This document shows, one piece after another, positions 19,303 to 27,255 of a stretch of 64,000 nucleotides of DNA (its first letter is position 1; each line of letters opens with the position of its first letter). The stretch comes from a virus. The notes beneath the pieces were generated by a model. The model was not told the origin of the DNA. It saw only the letters and a list, made by a program, of their open reading frames with translations, and did not search any database. The DNA is taken from IMG/VR virus record IMGVR_UViG_3300045988_144476; one strand, written 5' to 3'. A program made the position numbers and the translations under genes.

Positions 19303-19384
19303 CGCTGCACACACGATTCGAACGTGCAAATCCTTTCGGACCAACAGTTTTCAAGACTGCTTCTTCACCACCCAGACATGCAGC
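19303..19384 (-). tRNA. tRNA-Ser (TGA)
   Basis: Anticodon arm GCAGT-CTTGAAA-ACTGT, long variable arm TGGTCCGAAAGGATT, T arm GCACG-TTCGAAT-CGTGT, G73. Its 3' end is 2 nt from the tRNA-His 5' end. Confidence 0.8.
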
Positions 19385-19684
19385 ATAAAAAATATCCGTC
19401 TTTCCGGATTGTCAGACTACCCAGTAGTCATTTGCTAATTAATAATAGAAGCTGCGTCCTGCAGTTTCTTTTTTTTGTTTTTATTAATAATTCCTATATG
19501 GGATAACGCAAAGCAGAATACTCGAAATTCAATCCAATAAAGGATCGCATGACTTAGCAGGTCAGCTCCGTGCCTCACGGATTTACTTTGCAAGAGGAGA
19601 GTGGGAGACAGAAGTCTCCCTCAAAAAAAAATGAAAACAATAGTAACATAAACAACATCAAATTTGAGAGAAAAATTCTCTCAA

Positions 19685-19770
19685 TACTACCTGTGGGACT
19701 TGAACCCACACTTCGTATTTCAGAAACAGGATTTTAAGTCCTGTGCGCCTGCCAATTACGCCAAGGTAGC
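19685..19770 (-). tRNA. tRNA-Leu (TAA)
   Basis: GCTACCT/AGGTAGT acceptor, A73. Anticodon arm CAGGA-CTTAAAA-TCCTG, long variable arm, T arm GTGGG-TTCAAGT-CCCAC. Confidence 0.9.
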
Positions 19771-19782
19771 ATTTATGGGATA

Positions 19783-19854
19783 AGCACTATATGAGAATTG
19801 AACTCATATCATCTGATTGGAAGTCAGATATCATTGCCATTAGACCAATAGTGC
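19783..19854 (-). tRNA. tRNA-Gly (TCC)
   Basis: GCACTAT/ATAGTGC acceptor, U73. Anticodon arm TCTGA-CTTCCAA-TCAGA, T arm ATGAG-TTCAATT-CTCAT. Confidence 0.9.
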
Positions 19855-19858
19855 AAAA

Positions 19859-19932
19859 TGCCCGGTGCGAGACTCGAACTCGCATTATTGCCTTGAAAGG
19901 GCAATGTCACTAGCCTGTTAGACCAACCGGAC
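19859..19932 (-). tRNA. tRNA-Glu (TTC)
   Basis: GTCCGGT/ACCGGGC acceptor. Glu-type D arm GTCTAACAGGCTAGTGAC, anticodon arm TTGCC-CTTTCAA-GGCAA, T arm GCGAG-TTCGAGT-CTCGC. Confidence 0.9.
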
Positions 19933-20090
19933 TTATTTTATCTAGGAAGCGGGAAGCGGTCTTCTGCCGAACTGTTTATCTTATTACCTACTAAATTATA
20001 AAGAGCCATGGTTTTATAAAATTTTGGATCTCAGTTTAAAGAACTAAGATAATATTCTTTACGATTAAATCGTACTTAATACTTCCCAAA

Positions 20091-20161
20091 TAGCGGAGAT
20101 TAGATTCGAACTAATGTCTCTAGGGTATGAACCTAGCAAGGATCCACTCCTCTACTCCGCA
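20091..20161 (-). tRNA. tRNA with anticodon CAT (Met, initiator-like, or Ile2), U1/U72 mismatch
   Basis: Acceptor TGCGGAG/CTCCGCT with a 1:72 U-U mismatch; U8; D stem GAGG/CCTT (A11:U24). Anticodon arm CTAGG-TTCATAC-CCTAG, T arm ATTAG-TTCGAAT-CTAAT, A73. Confidence 0.8.
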
Positions 20162-20345
20162 TTAATCGTTTATATGGTAGAACTATATCTGTATCGTCTT
20201 ACAATACATAGCATGTTCACTTATTGCCTACTAAGGATTCCATACTTTATCCCGATCAAAGTATAAAATGGACTCGGTTAATAATTCACATCTCATTTAA
20301 TATACTTTGTGTATGTTTATCCACACCAAACTTTCAGGCACCAAA

Positions 20346-20419
20346 CTGGAATGATGCGATTTGAACGCACAACATCTTGGTCCCAAACCAAGCGGACTGC
20401 CAAATTGTCCTACATTCCA
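20346..20419 (-). tRNA. tRNA-Pro (TGG)
   Basis: TGGAATG/CATTCCA acceptor. D arm GGAC-AATTTGGCA-GTCC, anticodon arm CTTGG-TTTGGGA-CCAAG, T arm GTGCG-TTCAAAT-CGCAT. Confidence 0.85.
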
Positions 20420-21185
20420 TTAATAATAGGATGAGATTATTGACCTATTTAAATCAGCTTTGCTTACCGTTGGAAGTAAGTAATCACACGAACGATTAAT
20501 TCGTAGCTGATAGCGACACCAGTTTCAGTGGCTACTGGCAAACTCTTACTACATAGTATTATAAATTTCCTTTCAGCACATTCTTCCTTGCGAGATTCAG
20601 AGATTGCAGTCTCTTAGAGTTGCACCTAATTGTACTTTTTCATATTTCACCTTGCGAGTTTAATATGTGTCCATATTACAGAACAATAAGTCGCTTTTCT
20701 CTATGTAGTCGCATACACTTTTGCTTAATATAAGAATTTAACATTATTTTATGTTTTCTAACCAATTAAAAATATGTATGCTATTATTTATAGACTACGA
20801 GGTATACGTTTGAACATCTGTATCTTTTGAATACAGCCCATTCATCGCAGCCTTGCTTGTCTTGCTATCGACTCACTTTAGGCTATTCTAACTATCTTTC
20901 GATTTAAGTCAGAAATGTCCAATTAAATACAGCACTTGCTCTTGCGGAACTTGCACCATAAAACAACCTTACTGTCCACCCATTTCTGAGTTTATTTATA
21001 GCACCTTTCCCATGATGCCCGACCAACCATTGTCCTCAGCGGATGCCCCAAGACTTTAGGTTGGAACGTTAGTAAGTATTGGCTTTCTATCACCCCTCTT
21101 TAGAAGGAGGCACTTTCGTGCTTTATACGTGTCACCACGCTTATTTAACGACTTGAAGCCAGCCGATCTAATATTTATATATTTT
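20420..21185. ncRNA. ORF-free, hairpin-rich segment inside the tRNA array (candidate structured RNA, class unknown)
   Basis: About 0.77 kb with no credible ORF and locally GC-enriched. GNRA-type hairpins on the - strand include GCAC-GAAA-GTGC (21110-21121) and ATC-GAAA-GAT. CTCGCAAGG occurs twice (20586-20594, 20650-20658). Confidence 0.3.
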
Positions 21186-21218
21186 ATAAAAAAAACATAA
21201 AGCTTATTAGATAAAGCT
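21186..21218 (-). terminator. terminator after tRNA-Asn
   Basis: AGCTT-tatctaat-AAGCT hairpin, followed on the - strand by TTATGTTTTTTTTAT. Confidence 0.55.
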
Positions 21219-21221
21219 AAG

Positions 21222-21294
21222 CTGACCCAGTAGGAATTGAACCTACGACACGCTGGTTAACAGCCAGCTGCTCTACCTATTGAGCTATGGGCCA
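21222..21294 (-). tRNA. tRNA-Asn (GTT)
   Basis: TGGCCCA/TGGGTCA acceptor. D arm GCTC-AATAGGTA-GAGC, anticodon arm GCTGG-CTGTTAA-CCAGC, T arm GTAGG-TTCAATT-CCTAC, G73. Confidence 0.9.
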
Positions 21295-21301
21295 ATATAT
21301 A

Positions 21302-21321
21302 GGAGTGAGTTTCCTCACTCC
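21302..21321 (-). other. 8-bp hairpin between HU stop and tRNA-Asn
   Basis: GGAGTGAG-tttc-CTCACTCC. There is no strong U-run, so it could be an attenuator or a processing hairpin. Confidence 0.4.
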
Positions 21322-21330
21322 ATTATTTAA

Positions 21331-21603
21331 TTACGCATTAACTGCTTCTTTAATAGCTTTACCAAATTTGCATTTTACTGCATTCTTAGCATCAACCATT
21401 ACAGTTTCACCAGTTCTTGGATTACGAGCTGTACGAGCATCTTTATGTACAGAATACAGAGTTACTCCGTCCATCAGTTTAACTTCCTCACTAGCAAGTG
21501 TAGCAAATGTTACGTCCTGAACAGCTTCAATAACTGTCTTTACATCTTTCTGTGTGAATCCTGTTTTACCTGCAACTTCTTTAATCATTTCAACTTTGTT
21601 CAT
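21331..21603 (-). CDS. HU/IHF-family DNA-binding protein
   Basis: 90 aa; MNKVEMIKEVA..TQKDV...ARTARNPRTGE..V..KF.GK is the classic HU fold signature (RNPxTGE arm); SD AAAAGGAGAAA. Confidence 0.9.
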   Translation of the reverse strand: MNKVEMIKEVAGKTGFTQKDVKTVIEAVQDVTFATLASEEVKLMDGVTLYSVHKDARTARNPRTGETVMVDAKNAVKCKFGKAIKEAVNA

Positions 21604-21680
21604 TATAAATTTCTCCTTTTTATCCTTTTATATTTTTTAATTTATAGAAAACAGCAAAATACTGTTAACTTTCAATACGA

Positions 21681-21695
21681 TTGATTAAAACATTA
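21681..21695 (-). promoter_or_regulatory. TAATGTTTTAATCAA box (copy 1)
   Basis: Exact 15-mer on the - strand, about 80 nt upstream of the HU start and just after the stop of gene 21698..22036. Confidence 0.5.
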
Positions 21696-21697
21696 GT

Positions 21698-22036
21698 TTA
21701 GTTAAAAATATTATTGGCGATTTCTGCGCCTTTTTCATTAAGTATTTCACATGAATTGATATAAGATGTAATTACATTACCTTCTTTATCTTCACGCTTG
21801 ATTTCAATCCCTTTGCATTTTGGATTTTTGCATGCCATTACATTTCCATGAATAAATGTCATTGGCTGACCACATGCTCTACAAATGTGTTTAGATACAA
21901 ATTTTTCCTGTTGTTTTGCAAGTTTTTCTTCATCACTTGTTTTTTTAACAATTGGTTTCATTCCCCAGGCTTCTCTAAGATCAGCGAGAGAAGTATAATG
22001 TTCTTTTGTCCCGGAGGATAATCTATAATTTTTCAT
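21698..22036 (-). CDS. zinc-ribbon protein, function unknown
   Basis: CRACGQP...CKNPKC four-Cys ribbon; 112 aa. Confidence 0.55.
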   Translation of the reverse strand: MKNYRLSSGTKEHYTSLADLREAWGMKPIVKKTSDEEKLAKQQEKFVSKHICRACGQPMTFIHGNVMACKNPKCKGIEIKREDKEGNVITSYINSCEILNEKGAEIANNIFN

Positions 22037-22309
22037 TTTGTAAATCTCCTTGTTTTCAAATAATTATTTGTACGTCCGGATGTATTAAGCCCATCCGGAG
22101 GCATTAAAAAACTATCAATTCGAATCCCATATTTAAATACGCATCGGTAATAGCGCAGAAGGTTTTGCCTTTTTTCAAACAGCTGTCTGACCACATGTAT
22201 CCAAATTCTACGTATAATATGGACCTGAAGGATCAACGAAGCAAAAAGTTATTCCCCTCATATAGTGGACGAATTTGACATTGCGAAAAGTACTGGTTTT
22301 ATATACGTT

Positions 22310-25174
22310 TTAAACCAACTTTTTTTTTGAATTCGTGTAATTTTTGCGGAAATTTTGAAGGAATGCATCTTTATCCATATTGTAAAGAAGATTAAGCAAG
22401 TTACGTGTATACCGAATGTATTCTTTAGCTTTACCTCGATTACTGGTATTTAAAGCAATTTCAATAAGTCTGCTCATTGTTTTTGGATTTTTTATTTTCA
22501 TTTTACGTAAATCTTTAAGAATTTCATCAAATCTTTGAGTATATGCTATAATATCGTCATCTGACATATTATCTTTACTCAATAACTCTAATTCTTTAGC
22601 ATATCCTATAATTTTATCCATTTGTCTTCGATTAGCATCGCCAGAAACTTTTATAATAAAATCTTTCGTAGGAGTAGAATTTTTAGAAGAGATAGGTTTA
22701 ATCTCATTTATTACAATCTGCAGAGCATTCATAGGACATATATAATAGGAAGAAATTCTGTTATTGAGCTTGTCAACCTGTTGCATAACTTCTTCTTTTT
22801 CAAGTTCTTTACCGTTCTTTGTATATGAAATTTTCCTTGTATATCTCATAAACTCTGGAAAATCAATTTTCTGTTTCTTGGTATTGCCATCTTCATCAAC
22901 ATATTCCCTATACCGATTCATGCATTCCATTCTTTTGATTCTCTTTATTTCATCAAGAGCGTCAACTTCATATTCTCTTTTGCAACCATCAATTATAACT
23001 TGGGCAAGAACAGAAAGAATAACGAAGTTATCGTATAATTCCCTTGTAGGTTCAGTCCAATAATATGTCATAGCAAGCTGTGCTAAATTACTAGATTCAC
23101 CAATACCAATTCTAGATTTTGCAAATTTATTATCCATACGAGCGTACTCTTTGAGTGTATTCTTATATGTAAGGCCGCTTTCTTTAAGCTTATTTACAAT
23201 AGTAGGATATTTTTGATATGCAATTTTTGCACTTTGTACCATTACATCATTATTAGTAACAAAAAAGAAATCTGAATCAAAATCACATCCATTAGCACGA
23301 TCCTGGATATCAGTATGGATACAATTTACAAACATGATATTGTTACTAATATTAAAATATCGCTTAAATCTATCATCATAGTGATTATGTAAGTAGCAAA
23401 TATTATTAGGACTATTATGAGGGTTTCTGATACCACACAAATATTCACCATCATCAAATCTTTTGGTATATACCTGAATTACGCCATCTTCATGTTTAAA
23501 AGTTGGATCGTCATCCGGATTTTCTCCTACAGCTTTCATTAAAAGAGCATAAGGATTTCCAAAAATAGTTAAGTTATCTCCATTTATAGTAATTTTACCG
23601 GTACGAAGTTTATTTACATATTGATTTATAATTTTTCTTTTTTCAAATCTAAACCATGTACTTTCTGCAAATTCATTGTTCCAATTATACAAATCTGCCA
23701 GCATTTCATAGTGATTCACTACATTTGCATTTTTTCTCAGATAATCAACATAAATACCATTGTCAACTTTCATAGATTCAACATAATCAACACTTTTTTT
23801 AGCTAATTTACGAATTTCATTTACATAGCAGCATGGAAGAATATCATCTTTATAAGAAGGAAGAGTATTAACCATTTGATAGCTCATCTGTTGCACATTA
23901 CCTAATTTACTTGGATGATCGGTTTTAACTATCCCCCAGTAGGATCCATCAGCATTAACTCTATCACACCAATATTTATAGGCATCTGCAGGTGTTTTAC
24001 CCATCAAATTCATGAATTTCTTCCATTTAATAGCATTATCTGTTGTAATCATCTTAATATCTTTCAATTTATGTAAAATACCAAACATATCCTTTACTTC
24101 ATATGTTTCGTAATCATACCCATGTTCAGCACACCAATCTTTTAAAAATAACTGTATTTCACATCGAATAGCACATGCTTTAAAGAAATGTTCTCTCAAA
24201 AGTGCCATTCCATTCACCCATGATGGAAGAATAGAAGACTCTGCAAGCATCTCACCATCAAATAAAGTATTTTTTACCTCAGTTTCCTCATCATGAACGA
24301 CACATTTTTTCTTAATTACCGGAATTGTTTTATATCTTCTGGTATATTTCGGAGTAACGCCATCTTTAAGAAATTTCTTTTCCTTAATAGCCTTTTGTCT
24401 AGCAGCTTCAGTAGCTTCTTCATCAAGAACACGTTCATAATCTGTATATTCTTCAGCTGAAACAATCTTAGCCATCGTTTTAAAAAAACTGTCATGATCC
24501 TTAAGAATTAAAATATCTTCAACAGGACAATGAAATTTCCCTACAATAGTAGAAGTAGTAAGCGGAGCATAAGCTGACATTTCAACAATTTTCGCATCGT
24601 CAATAGGCATTTTGTCTCCAAGTCCCATAGTGAGCCAATCATATGCCTTTTTGTATAATTTACTATTAATAAACATTACCTGGCCAATTTTAGCCTTTGA
24701 AGAATTTCGGTAAAGCATTTTATAATTAATTTTCTGTACCTTTTCTTCATTTTTCTTAGAGTATTTGGTCCGGTATGTAACATCTATACCATTTTCATAG
24801 AATAATTCTCTAATTTCATCTTTGGACATTTTTAGATAATTATCCTTATTAGCCTGTACATTTTCAAATATTTGTTTAATTCTTTCTTTTGATTCCTTTG
24901 TAAGAGAAGCATCTTCCTCATATCCTTTAAATTGTTTCCTTAAATGAGTAATTTCTTCTTCATAGCTGCGACTACCAAAATTAAAATCAAGACAGATAAT
25001 ATCTCTTGTACTTGTATCATTCCATATATTTAAACCATGTTCTTTTATCCAGTCTGAGAATAAACTGTTACTGAACATAGCATCAGTAAAATCAAATCTT
25101 TCACGAACACCCTGATTATTTCCAAAGAGAGTGCCGGCTTTTATATTTTTTATTTTTAATCCAAATTCTGACAA
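22310..25174 (-). CDS. YonO/cellular-RdRP-like single-subunit two-barrel RNA polymerase (candidate)
   Basis: 954 aa. GIRNPHNSPNNI, then 48 aa later ANGCDFDSDFFFV. This parallels the ..NPxLHPGD.. and ..GGDxDGDxYFV catalytic signature of RdRP/YonO-type polymerases and NADFDGD of beta-prime. TTG start after AAGGAGGTG. Confidence 0.65.
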   Translation of the reverse strand: MSEFGLKIKNIKAGTLFGNNQGVRERFDFTDAMFSNSLFSDWIKEHGLNIWNDTSTRDIICLDFNFGSRSYEEEITHLRKQFKGYEEDASLTKESKERIKQIFENVQANKDNYLKMSKDEIRELFYENGIDVTYRTKYSKKNEEKVQKINYKMLYRNSSKAKIGQVMFINSKLYKKAYDWLTMGLGDKMPIDDAKIVEMSAYAPLTTSTIVGKFHCPVEDILILKDHDSFFKTMAKIVSAEEYTDYERVLDEEATEAARQKAIKEKKFLKDGVTPKYTRRYKTIPVIKKKCVVHDEETEVKNTLFDGEMLAESSILPSWVNGMALLREHFFKACAIRCEIQLFLKDWCAEHGYDYETYEVKDMFGILHKLKDIKMITTDNAIKWKKFMNLMGKTPADAYKYWCDRVNADGSYWGIVKTDHPSKLGNVQQMSYQMVNTLPSYKDDILPCCYVNEIRKLAKKSVDYVESMKVDNGIYVDYLRKNANVVNHYEMLADLYNWNNEFAESTWFRFEKRKIINQYVNKLRTGKITINGDNLTIFGNPYALLMKAVGENPDDDPTFKHEDGVIQVYTKRFDDGEYLCGIRNPHNSPNNICYLHNHYDDRFKRYFNISNNIMFVNCIHTDIQDRANGCDFDSDFFFVTNNDVMVQSAKIAYQKYPTIVNKLKESGLTYKNTLKEYARMDNKFAKSRIGIGESSNLAQLAMTYYWTEPTRELYDNFVILSVLAQVIIDGCKREYEVDALDEIKRIKRMECMNRYREYVDEDGNTKKQKIDFPEFMRYTRKISYTKNGKELEKEEVMQQVDKLNNRISSYYICPMNALQIVINEIKPISSKNSTPTKDFIIKVSGDANRRQMDKIIGYAKELELLSKDNMSDDDIIAYTQRFDEILKDLRKMKIKNPKTMSRLIEIALNTSNRGKAKEYIRYTRNLLNLLYNMDKDAFLQNFRKNYTNSKKKLV

Positions 25175-25186
25175 ACAAACACCTCC

Positions 25187-26920
25187 TTAAAATGGAATTA
25201 GCGTATTATTATATTCTCGTGTAGACATAACTATATTATTGTCAGAATTAGTTGATGAAATGCTTCTATTAATTGATGAAACACTGTGATGGAAACGTGA
25301 ACGTGTATATCTGCCATAATCTTCCATAAATTGTTTTAAAACCTTTTTATCTTTATTTTTAATTTTATCAGATTCGCATTTCTTTAACTGTTTCTGCAAA
25401 TTACTTAATTGTCTATTACTACTAAGTGTACCTAATGGTCCACCAATTTTCATTTTTATATCTTTCTTTTTACGTTCAATCTCTTTTTTAAGAAATTCAA
25501 TTTTCTTATCCAAATCTTCATTTATCATTTTTTCAAAAGCTTTATTATATCTATCGATGTAATATTGCTGAAGATCTTTGGAGAATGTCTTCATCAGATC
25601 ATTCCATGTCATTTTCTCAATTTCTTCTATATTAATAGATTTAGCAAAATCAATAATATCTTTCACGAACTCAAGAGTAAGTAAAAATGTCTCATATTTT
25701 AAAGTACTTTTGAACATTCTAAATTCAATGGTGTCTTTGTGCTGTAAGTTTAACGCAGCTTTTTTACCGGTATTATCATACTTTGCAAGCAGATTAAGAA
25801 CCGTATCTTCTTTACAACGATCACCCACAAATTGACTATAATCCGTATTTCTTCTTCCAATAACACAAATATTGTCGTTAAATTTCTCAATAATATACAA
25901 TATTTTAGAAATTACCAGATCCTGCTGCATTTTGGTTTTACCTAAATAATCTCTATTTGCATGAATATGTAAGCCTGCAGTATTACAATCATGTCCTTTA
26001 TAACCCATTTCATCAAGATATTTAAACATTTCTTTGTAGTTCATCTTGTTTTTATGATATTCTAAGCTACAAGGCATAGTATCAAGTTCAATTTGAACCG
26101 TACCATCATGAGTACTATATATAAGATCTTCTTTATCAGACTCAGATCCATTCATTATTTGAATACATCTCTTTACAACTGATTGTTTATTATTAGAATC
26201 TACTTCTGGTTTATTTCCACCAACTTCTATTTCTGCTCCAAGTAGAAGAGTAGTACGTTTATTTTCGTGGTCCATAAAATGTTTAATATATTCTGGCGTA
26301 TAATTATATTCATGAATATAGTATTTTTTATTACAATTATTTATCATAGCAGTTCGTAACATTGATGCACTGTAATCTATAAAAAAATCATTAGCATAAG
26401 AAGATGAAGCACTAACTGATTCTATTAGACGATCTAAGCCCCTATCATTTACAACATTCCCATTAGTATCTACTTTTCTATATCCGATTAATTCACATCT
26501 ATTACATTCTGCATTAAAATATACATTATCATTAGATAGACTATTTAATCTGTGTTGTGATACAAGTTTTCTAGATACTTCATACGTATCGGTATTTAGT
26601 CTGCTACAGAACCAATTATAAAATAAATTAAAATTATAAATAATTCGACAATCAAATCTATGCCAGCCAGAATCATCGCAATATGAAACAGTTGCGGTAT
26701 CTATATCTGTATAATTCGATAGTGCTATTCTTACTTTTTCAGCTAATTCACGCATATTAAATTCAATTGCATAATCATTACATTCAAAAATAATACAATC
26801 TCCAAAACTATTATTTGTATAAATACATCTTATATTTGTAACAAAATAATTATCTACAACAAATGGATCCTGAAGACTAATAGTATGTCCGTCAATCTCT
26901 ATATCAGGTAATAATTTCAT
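25187..26920 (-). CDS. glutamine-synthetase-like amidoligase domain protein with coiled-coil C-terminus
   Basis: LLLGAEIEVGG, TAGLHIHANRD and TIEFRMFKSTL match the ExE / HxH / ExR pattern of the Amidoligase_2 family. The C-terminal 120 aa is Lys-rich coiled coil. Confidence 0.55.
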   Translation of the reverse strand: MKLLPDIEIDGHTISLQDPFVVDNYFVTNIRCIYTNNSFGDCIIFECNDYAIEFNMRELAEKVRIALSNYTDIDTATVSYCDDSGWHRFDCRIIYNFNLFYNWFCSRLNTDTYEVSRKLVSQHRLNSLSNDNVYFNAECNRCELIGYRKVDTNGNVVNDRGLDRLIESVSASSSYANDFFIDYSASMLRTAMINNCNKKYYIHEYNYTPEYIKHFMDHENKRTTLLLGAEIEVGGNKPEVDSNNKQSVVKRCIQIMNGSESDKEDLIYSTHDGTVQIELDTMPCSLEYHKNKMNYKEMFKYLDEMGYKGHDCNTAGLHIHANRDYLGKTKMQQDLVISKILYIIEKFNDNICVIGRRNTDYSQFVGDRCKEDTVLNLLAKYDNTGKKAALNLQHKDTIEFRMFKSTLKYETFLLTLEFVKDIIDFAKSINIEEIEKMTWNDLMKTFSKDLQQYYIDRYNKAFEKMINEDLDKKIEFLKKEIERKKKDIKMKIGGPLGTLSSNRQLSNLQKQLKKCESDKIKNKDKKVLKQFMEDYGRYTRSRFHHSVSSINRSISSTNSDNNIVMSTREYNNTLIPF

Positions 26921-27255
26921 TCTGAACTTCCTTTCATAGTATTATTTTTGATTGATCTATCGTGTTCAACTCTACTTACATCATCTAACGCAGCACATGT
27001 TTGTGTATAAGGATTTTCAAATGTAATAGGAATTTCTTTAACTGTAGGCGGTATATTAAGCGGTACCGGAGATCCATTAGGTATTCCAGGTGTACATGGA
27101 GTAGGAGTCCATGTTACTTTATTTTTCTGTCCATCTTCAACTCCAGCGTTATATATTTCCTGAAAAATTTCTTCTAATCTATGTTTTTTAATTGTTACGC
27201 TATTATTTGGATCATTTACAGCAGGTTCAAAATCATAAAATATTAAAGGTTTCAT
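26917..27255 (-). CDS. hypothetical protein (112 aa)
   Basis: 4-nt overlaps with both neighbours. Confidence 0.55.
   Translation of the reverse strand: MKPLIFYDFEPAVNDPNNSVTIKKHRLEEIFQEIYNAGVEDGQKNKVTWTPTPCTPGIPNGSPVPLNIPPTVKEIPITFENPYTQTCAALDDVSRVEHDRSIKNNTMKGSSE

Noticed and set aside
18875-19506. Three + strand ORFs (18875..19057, 19229..19438, 19324..19506)
   Set aside because: They lie antisense across the tRNA-Trp/His/Ser genes and structured spacers, have no SD, and translate to an implausible composition.
20420-21185. tmRNA or RNase P RNA in the ORF-free segment
   Set aside because: I looked for a tRNA-like 3' domain (GGTTCGA T-loop plus acceptor end) and for the GAGGAAAGTCC / ACAGAA..GGCTTA cores. 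Only loose resemblances were found (GGGAAAGGTGC, GTTCAAAC without flanking stems). The segment is left as unknown structured RNA.
18749-21294. Suppressor tRNAs or stop-codon reassignment
   Set aside because: None of the 11 anticodons (UAG, GUA, CCA, GUG, UGA, UAA, UCC, UUC, CAU, UGG, GUU) reads a stop codon. Long uninterrupted ORFs exist throughout in the standard code.
21302-21321. Calling the hairpin after HU a strong intrinsic terminator
   Set aside because: It is not followed by a U-run, and tRNA-Asn starts 8 nt later. It more likely allows read-through or marks a processing site. The real terminator follows tRNA-Asn (21186-21218).
22033-22236. 67-aa ORF in the gap between the polymerase and the zinc-ribbon gene
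   Set aside because: It has no SD, is Arg/Ile-rich nonsense-like sequence, and overlaps the start of the downstream gene. The 270-nt gap is treated as non-coding; it contains a TCCGGAT...ATCCGGA hairpin.
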